Positions 1 to 12,955 of a stretch of DNA of 64,000 bases are shown piece after piece (the stretch's first letter is position 1; each line of letters begins with the position of its first letter). Below the pieces are notes generated by a model, which searched no databases, was not told where the DNA came from, and saw only the letters and a list, made by a program, of their open reading frames with translations. The DNA is from Balanoglossus misakiensis (Eukaryota > Animalia > Hemichordata): NCBI GenBank assembly GCA_040954595.2, contig CM082585.2, forward strand, positions 9,001,649-9,065,648, in the 5' to 3' direction. The position numbers and the translations under genes are program-made.

Positions 1-3000
1 GGATCAGATTTAAGAGTTTCTCTTTATCCTAAGTGGTGCAATATATCTCTCAAACCGGCTGTGGACAATAAGAAATGACGGACAAGGCCTCAGCTCATTG
101 ACTGCATTCGAAACTATGACAGGACGTCCGGTAGAAACATCTCAAGATTCTCATAAGCATCGTTCAATCGATCGGCAAGTTAAACGACAGATCTAGATGT
201 CGATAAAAAACATCAACCGGGCTCTCAAATTTATATCTCCGTTTTAACGTCACCGATTACTGTTTTTGCTCGGAGGGAGTGGTTCTTCGCGTTCGATTTG
301 AAAACTGACCGATTGGGTCTAATGGCGAGCAGAACGTTAGATTTCATCAAACTCACAGTTGGAGGTTGGCTAAAAGCACCCCACTTTGTAAAACTGTCGA
401 TATGTCTCGATTCTTGCTAGAATGCTGTAATATTAAAATGAACTCGCTGGTATAACAATAGTTAGCTGCAGTGTCGTAGTTCTCGAGGTTTGCTTTGAGT
501 TGGTGTTTGGACGGCAAAACTAGATTTACCGTAGTGCTGCTATCATCAAATTGACATTAGATGATTTTTAGATTTTGCAAATCAACATTAAAAACTCCAT
601 CTGTCAATTCGCTGAAACCCTGGAAAATACATGTCATATGAATTATGCATTCGCAGTCTGCAAGGGTTGTGAGGTCACAAGTTTTGTGAACGGGACGCAT
701 GTCATTCCCTGTCAGTTCGTTTCAGACATTTGCCCGAGTGCCTGCCCTCTTTTGGAACCGTTCAAAACGAGCGTAAAAGTCAACAACGGGACGCTCGCCT
801 CGATCGATCCACGCGTTTCCCGAACGCTGGAATACTCTAAAATGTCCAAAATGCAAATATTGACTCCGAAGCGGCCCACGTAACATTATCGCGTACTCAT
901 CTTTCCGATAATATAATAGAAATTCTGCGTTCACACCAACCGTTACAAATTCCAAAGGCCCGGCAATGAAGCGATGTTTGAAAGGTACCATAAAAACAAT
1001 CACACAATGGCCCCCGAACGCCAGAGAAAATATTATTTCTATAAACACGGGTATATCCAGGTCTTGTTAGGGAATACGTCTTATTGACATTCTTTCATCC
1101 TCGGTTGGGAATTTTAGACTAACAGAGGATTTTCCACAGATTAGGCGGGAAAGTCTGAGATTCTCTCGGCGAGAATGCGTTTTATGGAACGTTCGGCAGC
1201 AAAGTGCGTGCGAACGTTTATCCTCCATTGTTGTTTTCTAAAACAGAGTGAATATTAAAATTAGATTTAAATTGGGTTGACAATAATGTATCGTCTCGTT
1301 TAAGTGTTTAACTAAATGAGCCTTGAAGTTAAAACGGAATTTTTCTGTCAAATTCTGCACGACTTTCACGAGAAAATTCAGCGCCGCAAAAAAGTAACCG
1401 TTCAACACTACACTTAGAAAATTAACCCTTTTTCAGTGACTTAAAATGGCCGACACATCGACATGGGCAATAATTCACACGTTCACTGTCGGGGGGTTTA
1501 ATTAGTGTGTTTATTGTGGGCGGGAAAAGATCCCGGGGAGGCTGGGAATCGAGGCTAACCCATGGCGCGAACATACAGTTCGGTAAATCACGCAAACGCC
1601 GCGGTGCTTGCGAAATGCGGCCATACAGCTCTCGGTACAACAAACCCAGCGGAGAACTGGAGACGTGTTGCTAAAGTTATCGTTTTCTGGGGTGTTTCAA
1701 TCAAAAGTCAGTTCCAGTAAAGCAACCACCTGATATGTAAAAACAGTCGCATTTTCAGGAGAGAAAAAATCAGAGAAGTCAGTCAGTACCTTAATCACAA
1801 CTCCACGTCGCGTAAACTAACTAACGACAGCATTGGTAAGATTGTTGAAAATAACCACAAAATCTGGTGAAATTTCACTTAAAAATCCGACAATCTCGAC
1901 CTGTCAAATTAACTATATAATTACACACTGGAAAGAATTTTACTTCAAAATTTGATTTAAAAGAACATAAATTTCGTCCACGAACAACCACTGTCTGATC
2001 GAACACGCAATATTAATACATGCCGAAATAATGACCCCATTGTTTCCCAGATTGTAAAGAAAAATCTCGTTCATCTGCAGAATAAAAGGAATAATTGCAA
2101 AGCAAAAATGTGGGGAAAAGATGTTTAAAAATAAATAATAGTCTAAATGGTGTGAGCTTTTTGAAAATTACAGGGGCAATAAAATATCTTTTACAAGCTA
2201 TTTATTTACAGAATTGGACACAGGGCGTTTTCATAGATTCTAGTCTTTCAATTTGTTGTTCTCAAAGCTGGTCCAGGTTGATTGTTTGTCCTCGGAAGCT
2301 GCGTATACTCTGAGTTGTCTGAAACGAGAGAAGTCTCGAAATTCAGTCGTCATATGATGGAATTCTCACAGTTTCTAACAGTTGTTTACAGTACGGCGTT
2401 GTTGTTAGGGGTTTATTGATGTCCAGGTTTATTTTTAACGGTGCATAAATTAGGAGAACCTTCTCTCCAACCTATGCCCATCTATCTCAGTCTTTTAATG
2501 AAAGCGTGGTAGATTGAGTCGTTCTTCATTCTACGGATGGTACACTATTGATTCTAACACAGGCGATCACCCCATACCTTTATGCATTCCCGCAAGATCC
2601 TCTATTTTTCAATTAAAGGTCACTGAATGCTCTTCAAGACGAATTCCATGCCGAGTGAGCACGCTTGTCTGGTGTCAGTTGACTTTCAGATGTGACGTTT
2701 ACACGCCCTCACCCATGACTGATGACGTAAAACTTTTAACACGAATTTACTGAATCGCTCAGATCGATGATGTACCGGTCAGTTGACGTCGGTCAACCCA
2801 GAAAAATAAGAATTACCACGCCGTTTTCTTTATACTTAAGAAAGTTTACCACAGCTACACAATGAAAAATTCCAATGAAATAAATTCCAATGTTGAATGT
2901 ACATTTCCACGCTAACGCGAGTTTTGAACTTTTATTTTATGAGCCTGAAATAAATTAGCTCTAAATATCGAATATTTAACCACTGTGAAACATAAGGCTT

Positions 3001-4689
3001 TTTGTTGGACACAATATGCTTCAGAACACGCGAAAATGAGAAACTTTCCACAAGAGATGTTTCCTTTGATAATCAGATTCTTTCATTCAAAGCGGAATCT
3101 CATGAGATGAGTAATTTTCGTTTTTCTTTGGTTTGGCCCTTTAAAAGACCATTTACCGGCCAAAATAAATGGCATTAAATTTTCTTGACAAAGCAGATTT
3201 TTTGATAAATTACTCGCTGATTTCGGACAGACAGATGTAATTACCCTTTGTTAAACTATCCGTATTCAGCCAACGAATAAATTGGGAAGGGGAACTTAAT
3301 GGTGTATTTTCATAAAATTAATTCCCTAATTATTTTCGCAGGAATGTCTGTCTGGGCCCGGGGCGGTTAACCTTGACGCAGGCGCTAGCGTTTATGCAGG
3401 GGTAGTGTGGGCAAGCGGGACAATAAAATTGGCCGTGAGTCAACGCCCCGGAAATCCTCAGACGAAATCCAGAGATCACACGAGACCGGAGCGGTAGAAA
3501 CGCTTCCTTTAGTCAAAGCAGGGCTCATGGCTTTAAACTCACAGATAATCCCTTTAATTGGTACTGAATATAAACGGGACGTTGTAATAGCGCTGTGATC
3601 ACAGGCCACTCTGCTGCCGATTAAATTCATAGCCATTTTTAAAATTTGCTCTCTGCGATGGATCGGCGTGGCAATAATCTGTCTTGCGGTCTGGTAGACG
3701 TATTAAACTATACTTAGACGCGCTGGTCTGTTTAATGTTGATCGGGCTTTAAAATTACCCTCCTATGGGGTCAATAAAAACCCCGCTATATGATATGCAA
3801 AAGCCAGATTGTTGATTGCGGGGGAGGGGGTGAAGAGTCTGGTTCGGTTTGGAGGGAGGGAGAAGGGAGAGATAAATGTTTATAAAATAATTGAAAATAG
3901 GAAAATCATACGGAGGAGTTAATGTCTTCTGCATCATTGACTCAGTTCAGTTGTTGTAGACTGTACTGTGTATTGGAGAGCACGTTCGTGACAGTCGTTG
4001 CATAATATCGCCCAGTTAAGTTTAAAACAAGCCTTCCTCGTACCGAATTAGGGCTATAAAAAGGGTCCCCCGCCAACGCACCAAACCACACAAACACGAT
4101 TTACAGGGTATGGGGTGTAATCCCCGGTGTCTGTCGGTCGGCTGCCAACAAGGCAGTGGCAATCACTCTTATGGGCGCCGTTAAACGTCCTAATGACGCG
4201 TCCAGCGGCGATCATCGACCGCGAGAAACGCTTCCGAACGGCAAGAAAAAATGATGCTCCGAACGATTAAAGACCATTCACAGATTCCGCTGTAGCGTTT
4301 GTGTTTATGACGCTTGGTTTCCGTGGAGACAGCTGAGGGGTTGGGTCCTCTGTGATGACGATTTACGAGGAGCGTCGTCCGATTGATTGCTTTATCTGCT
4401 GGCCGCCGTTTCGCGGAAGTTTCCGCGTGAACAAAAAAGTGCGGCCACCAGATCTGGCCAGCTGGTCTGACTCAAGCTCTGGCCAGGATCAACGCTCGCA
4501 AGGGCGATTTCACGGCGATCGGCGGCTACCCGAACTTCCACTGCAGGCCGATTTTCAACCATGTGTCGACAGAGTAATTTATGAAGAGTTAACGCGGAAA
4601 TGCAACCAAGAAGATGAAGCAGAGGTTGACTGCATGGTATTCTGTCTGATCTCCGTGAAACCCCAATGGTCAATGGTTTCCCTCCCCGC

Positions 4690-4731
4690 TAGCCCGGAGA
4701 CCAGGCGTCGATACGCCTGGTCTCCGGGCTA
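4690..4731. mobile_element. 42-bp hairpin mini-transposon or internal-deletion derivative (TAG...CTA termini, 9-bp TSD; AcademH-like)
   Basis: Perfect 19-bp inverted repeats TAGCCCGGAGACCAGGCGT / ACGCCTGGTCTCCGGGCTA around a CGAT loop, flanked by identical CCTCCCCGC (4681-4689 and 4732-4740). Confidence 0.8.
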
Positions 4732-5344
4732 CCTCCCCGCATACCGTTGTTGGGTTTCTCTGTTCTTCAGACCGCACCATCAGTCATGAGGTGATTAGCG
4801 ATGAGATGCCTCAGTAAACCCTCTGCTTAAAAAAAGAACTCGGCCCACGAACCCTCCATTACCCCGGATCAGCTCAGCCCGAAGAGCAAATTCACAAGAT
4901 AAGAACTCACCCAGCAAAAAATGACAACAAAAACAACGCAAGACGTTCACTCACACTGACAGGAGTACCTTTTTACGCCACGCAGAAAAATATCAACATA
5001 GCAAGGCTGGGTGACAATAGGTTGCCGTCGTCGCGAACGGGGTTTTTTGAATGACAGGTAACTTTGAACGCAGGCGTTGCGTTTGATTGAAAGGCGTGCA
5101 GGGGTGGCGTATTGGAGCATTCATGGTTCGCACCAGGTTGCCCCATTCTCGCCGTGTTCAATGATTCTAAAACAAATGGCGACACACGGAGGGACAAAGG
5201 CGCGGTCGGAAGCGTCATTGTGCTGGGTACAACACAACGCACTTCCCAGACTGACACCCGTACCGCGCTTACACACACTCCTGTATTTTGCCGGCGGTCA
5301 TGCCGGGGACGGAGCCTGCTATGCCCGGAACGGGTTACTTTATA

Positions 5345-5501
5345 CAGTCGAACCTGTCTATAGTGGCCAGTCACGGGACTTTCCTAAACTGACCTTTATA
5401 GACAGGTGGCCTGTATAGACAAGTCCCTTAATGCCATTGCACAGGGACTTGTAACAAAAGTGGCCACTATATTGAGGTGGCCACTAACACAGGTTCGACT
5501 G
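5345..5501. mobile_element. 157-bp non-autonomous Tc1/mariner-pogo (Tigger-like) MITE
   Basis: TIRs CAGTCGAACCTGT..TAGTGGCCA and TGGCCACTA..ACAGGTTCGACTG (outer 13 bp perfect, ~24 bp imperfect). TA on both flanks (5343-5344, 5502-5503). Repeated internal GTGGCC motifs. Confidence 0.85.
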
Positions 5502-8500
5502 TACGGCAGAAAATCTCTTCATTTGATAAACTTTTTGACCAGAGTCGTTGAACAGTGACAGTAGGCATGAGAATCTCTGTGTATAGATAAATCAAGTAGA
5601 TTTTCTATACCCACGTTTTCAATATAGGATATGGACGAGAAAGGGGTCACCATAGTCTTGAAAAAAGCCCCCCACTGTTAATTCCCAACCTCTGATTAAT
5701 TTCAATATCGGACAAGAACTCTGATATACCTCACAGTATATGAGTATGGTCCACCATTGAACTGGTATAGAGCGTCTCTGTGACTTTGATTTGCACCCAT
5801 GGGTGTTCTTTACACGAATCGAAGTTGCTATTATAACTTGAAATAAATTTGCCAGCCTCCGTTTTTGAAATTCCATACTCCCCCTTTATGAATGGTTAAA
5901 GTTTTAATATTGGACTGGTCTTCGGGCCGCCGTAAAAGGTCGCGCCCCCTCATGGCCGTGGGGAGCCGCAATATTCAAGTCATGCGCAATGGCTATAAAC
6001 AGCATCATTTCATAATATTTGTTTAAACAAGAAAACAGCCAATATCACGAATTAAACTAGTGACCAGTGGAGTTTAAATCGCCAAAGCCTCGTTCTGACA
6101 GACTGGGTTCAGAGTCTGAAGTTCTCGCCTTTCTCCTCAAGTTGATTGGCGCAGAATTGGCGACCTGGAGATGACGTCATCAAAATCCGATTCTCGCTGG
6201 GAGAGAAAACTCTCTCCCGTACGGCTAACTAAAATAAAAACTTCGCACGGAACGGTGTCACGTTTGTTCCTCGTGTCAAAGGTTATCCTGTCGGTCAATC
6301 ATGATGGACGTATGGAGGAAAAATTGTCAAGGTCTAGCCCCGCCACTGTAATTGTACTTCTGACCACCAAATCCCCTTAGTGGCTTTAACGCACAACTAT
6401 TTCCATTCTAAGCCCCTATTACAAAGATATCCGTTCTGTTCTCCCTTTTTTGCGCACAAACACTCATTTGATAGACGGGGGACATGTGTGATTCTTCGAT
6501 TAATTTGTATGTGGTTTTTCTTACCGATCGTGGGCCGGGCAGGGCTGAATGAAGGCGTTTTATTTTTTTGGTGAATGGTGGTTTTTCTGTGTCCAGTTTT
6601 GCGTCTACACAGCGTTTTGAAGCCTGTCGCAAAGAAAGGTTTTCTTTAGTCGCTCGGAATTCCCAATAGCTCTCATTCAGGGCGGACAAAGGCAGGGGCA
6701 TGTAGACAGCTTCATTTAGCCAAACGCCACAAAGAGAGGGGGGAAGAAGGCATGAAAAGCAACAAAACGGCAGTGTTTTACTCGAATACCAATTTTTGTT
6801 CTTTCGGCCCGGCTAATAAGGAACCGTGCTCTGCTTGGGTGGCACGCTAGATTTTGTCAGTCGCCCTCAAAAATAAATACGCATCGACCCAATTTGGCGT
6901 ATCGTTGCCAATGGCAACCCCTAACGAGCAATATAGCTCGGTTAAAAAAGTAATAACAGTCAATTTAGCGTGTACTGCCGGCGAACAATGCCGCTGTCAC
7001 ACAAAGTCCGCCAGCGGTATCGGCAACACGGCAAGCAAAGACGTCGCGTTAACAAGCCCGATCCACTCCTCAATATCGCGAGGTTCTCTGTGTTACAATA
7101 AAAAGCGAGAAAAAGACTGAAAAAGACCGACAAGAATAGGTTTATACAGCGCGGAATAATCACTGTATAACCATTTCCCGTAACACTGGTCTATTGAAGC
7201 CGCATTAGCCTGTGTCCATTAGGAGGGTAACTATATGAGCCCTAAATCATATTTGCACACGGTTTTAATATGTGTACTTTGCCTCTTATATTCTTGACAC
7301 TACCTATATGGTTGGACGATTATCCATACCTGACATTGTAATTATCTTGTACGGCTTTTGTGGAGGCCACTCAAGCCACCGCCGTATTATTGTGTGAAAG
7401 TCACCGTGAAATGATGGGGTATACCTGCGAGGTATACACAGGGATAACCGGCTGAAAAGGACGGCTCTGTAATTCGTACCGACAACTGCAAGCGGGGGAT
7501 GCGACACGGAGAATTCAATTAAAGAGCGGCGCGAAGAAAAGAGTGAGCCGGTGTCGGGGAGATCAGCGACGCTACGGGGGTACAGCGAAAGAAAAAGGCA
7601 GCGTGTTAGGGTTCGGGTCGCTTTTTAGCAGCCAGCCCCAAAAGACAGTCCCGGGACCTGCCCACCACTTATGGGTAACCTAGCATGTCGCGGTGAATGG
7701 GACACAGGCGAGTGAAGTGCTCGGGGGATTGTTCAGGAGCATCAGCATGAAAAATCGGACACACTCGAGGTCTCCTTGGGTTGGCATTATCAATCGCAGC
7801 AGGTATATGGATAGGAGTCGGTGGGGGAAACACAACAATCCGTTCAAATGGTAAAGTCACGTGAAAAGGAAAAAAGCAACTGAGCAGGTCACAGCCGAAG
7901 TCGCCGTTTGAAAATCACCTGGATTGATCGAGTTCGCGTAGTACACAAACTGACGAGATGCGTCGTCGAAGTCAGGTGCCACGGTGCGTTGGATTGACTC
8001 GGCAGGTTGAGCGTCTGACACTACGGTGATGAGATATGGAAACACGATGGAAAATATATCGCTGGCGTTTGGCATTTCACGCTGAGCGAGTAAAGCGTTG
8101 GATGGGCTGTGCGAGTCGAGATCCAGGGAGAGAGAGAGAGAACTCGATGAAGTTGTGAGAAATGGGCGGACAGACGATGAAGCCCGCCCTGTTGGAGATC
8201 GATTTGCTGCAGGGCGAATAGCAGTCCGATATTGACAGACCCTGGTCAGTAGCCGATACTACGGCGGTGTCCATTGTTCGTTGGATTTACAGCAAATATT
8301 GTGAGTGGTTTAACTGGCCGCTTTGTGCGCGTCAAACCAAGAGGACTGGAGTGTTCCCCGGCCGGACCTCTGGTGGAATAGAACCACTGACCCGTCCGCA
8401 CATCAAGTGGCTGTCTCCCCAAATGAAACGAAGCCGATCCTAATATCGATTCATGTAGCGACACAAAACCTGTTTAATACAGCGTTGGTGTCTTTCTTCA

Positions 8501-10173
8501 CATCCAAAAAACAAGTGGCTATAGAGTCTCGACGAGAGCACTGGTCTCGTGACGACACGACGAACCCGACTACCCGCTGCCTTATTAACCCGACTCTTTT
8601 GGGAATTGCTTTGTGAGACTTATCAATATGTTATTAATAAACAATAATTACTATCGCTCACATAATTGAAACGCCAATACAGCATATGCTTCGGGGGCAA
8701 TGGACGCCATCATTTTAACTCTAAGGTCTAAAAAGTCCCAGAGCTCTCTTTTGTGTTATTGTTTTCCGCTATCGCGAAATTAAAATTTGATGTAATAGAA
8801 GCAAGTGTTCGAAATATCGAAGCATATTCGAGTCAGAAACAACACCAACGAATTAGACAGGCCCCTTTCCCTGCGAATTGACCAAAGAAATATGGTACCT
8901 TATGTCAACATTCAACATTTCAGAGCAAACATAGGCAATACACTTGAACAGGTTGGTACCCTCCCCCAACCTTTACCCCCCTCCCCCTACTCCGAAGAAA
9001 ATCCACCATCCTCATACACTGAGCCCAATTTATACTGATCAACGTTGTAAATGGTTCCACATCGTAATATCTCGCGGGCAAACCACGGTATACAATATCA
9101 GGTTCAACAAACAAGACACCCCTAAATCAACCGATTTTCAGGATTAATATGACGTGGTACGTGAAGTCGAATGACTCGATACTTAGACGTCACGGTGAGA
9201 TATTTCCTCCAGATAATTTATCCTCCCCTGGGAACACTCGAAACCCGTACACGACACGGCGTTACACATACAAACGGTAAACACAAGCCCACAGCCAAAA
9301 TTACAGTCGTGTTTATATTCTTTACTGAATAAACGTTAAATTACACAAGTAGGTGACGAAAACAACGGGTCATAATAAAATTATTAAATGAATTTTTTTT
9401 CTCTTAAATATTTTTTGCCATTGTTCTCTTTGAAAATGAAAGCGACCGTTGACACTGCGCATGAGTCTTTACTATCCAAACAAAAGAAAGAAAAAAAGAA
9501 TCGTAAAGTACACCGGAAGAGTCCATCTATGATATGAACAATTTTCTTAAAAGTGAAACATGCAACAGATAAAGCAAAAACTGAAAACGTGAAGTACAGA
9601 CAATTGGAAATATATACATAAAATATAATATGTTTAAAACTAACTATGTCGAACGAAAAAAAAATATTCGTGCTCTGACGACAGTGCTACGTGTGCCGCG
9701 TGACATTTTTTCAAAGTGAAAATTTGCCGACAGGCTAACTCTAAATTTTTAAACGTTTTCTCCCCAAAACTGTCAAAAAAGTTACCCGATAGAACATAAC
9801 GGGGGCAGTGTTGTTTCATTACAAAAAGATGCTGCCAGTTCTGAGTGAGGTCTCAGGCGAATAAATATCAAAATTCATAAAAGTATGAACTACAAATTGT
9901 CATTTACTTCTGTTTAGTTCCTGCTGTGAAACCAAGTCTAAATCTAGTTGAATTTATCCGTGAGATTCGGAGGCGCTTCCACCTTCCTTGTCTTTTTCCC
10001 CCATCATGAATGGACTTATCGCAAACAACTTATCAAAGTCTAATGAAATCGCATCAAAACAGGCTGTCATCTACGTGTCCATTACAGAAAACACTCGCGC
10101 CTCGCAGGTCAGACTCAATTAAAACGGCAAACGTCAGACTCTTATTGAGGTGCAACGGCGGAGATGATGTACC

Positions 10174-10195
10174 CAGATAACCGCGCGGTTATCTG
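10174..10195. repeat. Perfect 22-bp palindrome CAGATAACCGCGCGGTTATCTG
   Basis: Self reverse-complementary; imperfect pairing extends to about 10161-10210. Confidence 0.85.
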
Positions 10196-11636
10196 CGCGT
10201 ACCATCACTCGCCCGAGAAATGCAGGTGTTGTCGATTTCGGCTTGACGGGGATTCTCTGTCAGCGGAGTCCGCCCGCCACCGTCGACTCTATTCCATCCA
10301 TTGTGTGTGATTCCGAAACGGCAAATTGTAGAAGTCACGCTCGATTAAACCAAAATAGCAAAAAAGTGACGGATAATGTTGATTTTCTCCCAAACTCACA
10401 CTCGAATGAGTAAGGTTTAATTATGTTGTCCACTGCTTTCTCCATCATTATTACATTTCATGTGGTTTTGCGAGTTTCTCATCTGCTATGCTTTGAAGAG
10501 TAAAAAAGTCTGAAACCGACGCAAATGTGGCAAATGTGATGGTGGTATTACATCGTATTCTTTCTCTGGGGGAAATAGAGGAGTTTGACTTCTCCAAAAC
10601 TGCGGCTCAAGTGAGCTTATGCAAGTACTGCGTGTGTATACTTGTAGAATTTTAGAGACAGGGAGACAACACGCGACAGGCAGTACTAAGACGCGATCTG
10701 GAATAGTGACACGGTAAATTATGCGACTGTCAGGACAAAATGGGTTTTAAACGATAGATGATAATTTCAGCCGTCACCGAAAAACCTTACATTTCCAATG
10801 TTCTTAAAATAATATCTTCTGGCACGGGGAATAACAAACAGGAAAAGACAACACTCCAGTTTCGTTCTGCAAATGTTTTCATAATCGGAGAATAACACCA
10901 ATCAATCGCCGAGTCGAGCGACGGTCTTAACTTCCGGGTCGTTAAGTGAGATTGCGAAACAATAATAATTTAACAGTGAAAATGACTCTTTGCGCTTAAT
11001 TAAAAGCGTGAAATTGACAGTGGCTAATAAGCGTGACACGGAAATGTATGGATGGGTTGATATTTTACAGAATAGCTGTGAATTGACACAGTGTTTTGGG
11101 GGAGGGTAAATTAGTATTCTTAGCGGCCACCAACCAGGGCGAAAATTTCAATTTTTTTACCGAACACTTCCTGCAGTTGGGGCTTTTGAACGATTTGATG
11201 ATAGAGTCGCGTGGAAAAAATGACACGGCGGTAGACTCATAATCGGCACATTTCAATACCGAGTCTTAATTGACAAATTTCACTGAACTGAAAGATATTC
11301 ACAACCGTATCTCTCTGTGTTTCGCCGCGGCTCTCGCAACAAACAGTCTGACTTTTGCCGTTTTAATTTCCTCTCATGTCGGATAAATTGATATTTTGGT
11401 TATTTCCTGACAAAATTGACGTGTACCCACTAATTACTGTGATACAGTGCGCCAGTATCGCGCGCGGCGATCGAGGGCGGTCCGACGCCGCGTCTGGACT
11501 TGTGACGGCGCTCTCTCACCATCCGCAATGCAGCATGGAAACTACGACATGTGATTTTGGACAAACTAAACCCTTTTCTTTACTATCATTTCCAAAGTAC
11601 AAATGAGTTGTTTTAAACGGACATATCTCAGTCATT

Positions 11637-11650
11637 CCCCCCCCCCCCCC
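11637..11650 (+). repeat. Poly-C tract (C14)
   Basis: Read directly from the sequence. Confidence 0.9.
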
Positions 11651-12488
11651 GAAAAAATATAAGTGTTCATTTCAAATAGAAATTTGGTCTCTTTATAAAA
11701 CCTCGATAAGGTTTTGAGGCACGTTCCAACAGTCTCGTCAAACTGGGGGATTTTGGAACCAGAGTCGCATAATACGATAGTAAACATATCTATATGCCAA
11801 ATTTCTGGTGCTCGTACGGCTATAGTGCATCAAAATACTGGTCGCCAATCACGTATTCCAGTTATGACCCTCGCCTTCTGATTAAACTCGGTTATAATTT
11901 ACCGGTTTGAAAAGTTCAGAATTACAACAGCGTGATTGTGAAGATACCGCGTGTCCTTTGGCAAGCGACTCAAAACAGTATACCCCAGTATCGCCAAAAG
12001 GGACAGATAGACCTTTTGAAGGCGGCAATTTACCAGAATTACAAGAACAATTACATTTAAGATCGATAAAAAACCCAGACATTACTTCCCTTGAAAACAA
12101 CCAGTTTCGGAATTTTAGACATAAAAATATAGCGAAATGATGTAGTACTCTTCATGCTATAAACATTGGGAAATATCTAATAAATAGTGTACTTAATTTT
12201 TTTCTCAAAACGCAGTTACTGTTTGTTTTTGAAAACACTTTGAACTATACAAAAATAGTATTTTTTTTATATTAAAACATTTCTTTTAAGTATTGTGTCA
12301 AGATATGTTGCCCAAGTTGCCTGTGGGATTTGAACTTCAATTACAAAATTGCTTATTGAAAACATGCAGTTTTTGGAACCTACAAAAATGGCTCTGTTTC
12401 GACGTCATTGTCTTGGATTTATTGCAGGTTATGAAATGTCTCAAGGATGATTACTCTAAGTCCCTGGGAGGAGTTTTTTGGGGGGCGC

Positions 12489-12955
12489 TCAGAAATGCGA
12501 AGCGGTTGTAGGTATGCTATGGCTGGTCGTCGTGGTGCTGCTTAAACTGAGCGGGTGGCTGCTGATCGGCGAGTGCTCGTTACTCGGCGGCGTGGGCATG
12601 CCGGCCGCGCTCTGGCACACGTACCACTCGCTCAGGTTGGTGTGGGTCGGCGGCTGCATACTGGGCGGGTTGGCGGCCAGCGGCAGCGAGGTGACGCTGT
12701 GGCCGCTCTCCGAGTTCTGCGGCGAGATCAGCGACGGCGTCGAGGCGTCGTAGACGCTGGTCGGCGGCGGCGACTTCCCGTGCACTTTCATGTGCTTTCG
12801 GAGCGAGCTGGGGTGCGTGTAACTCTTATCACATCCACGTACCTTGCAATTGTAGGGCTTATCCGACGTGTGCACGTGTGAATGTTTCTTGCGATCGCTG
12901 GAGTTGGCAAAGCGACGATCACAGCCATCGAATTCACACTTAAACGGTTTCTCGC
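12489..12955 (-). CDS. zic: Zic coding exon 2 (ZF4, ZF5, Ser/Pro-rich C-terminus with EWYV motif, TGA stop)
   Basis: Minus strand reads tttgcttctttttattcctctgtag|GC GAG AAA CCG TTT AAG TGT, which restores the G-E-K-P-F linker and continues into the listed ORF 12489..12875. Confidence 0.95.

Larger units (their letters stand above)
9290..12488 (-). other. Possible long Zic 3' UTR (3' end uncertain)
   Basis: Proximal AATAAA on the minus strand at 12423-12418. Distal variant signals AGTAAA (9326-9321) and TATAAA (9317-9312) are followed by GT-rich sequence on the minus strand. A U-rich segment contains a Pumilio element TGTATATA (9618-9611). Confidence 0.3.
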
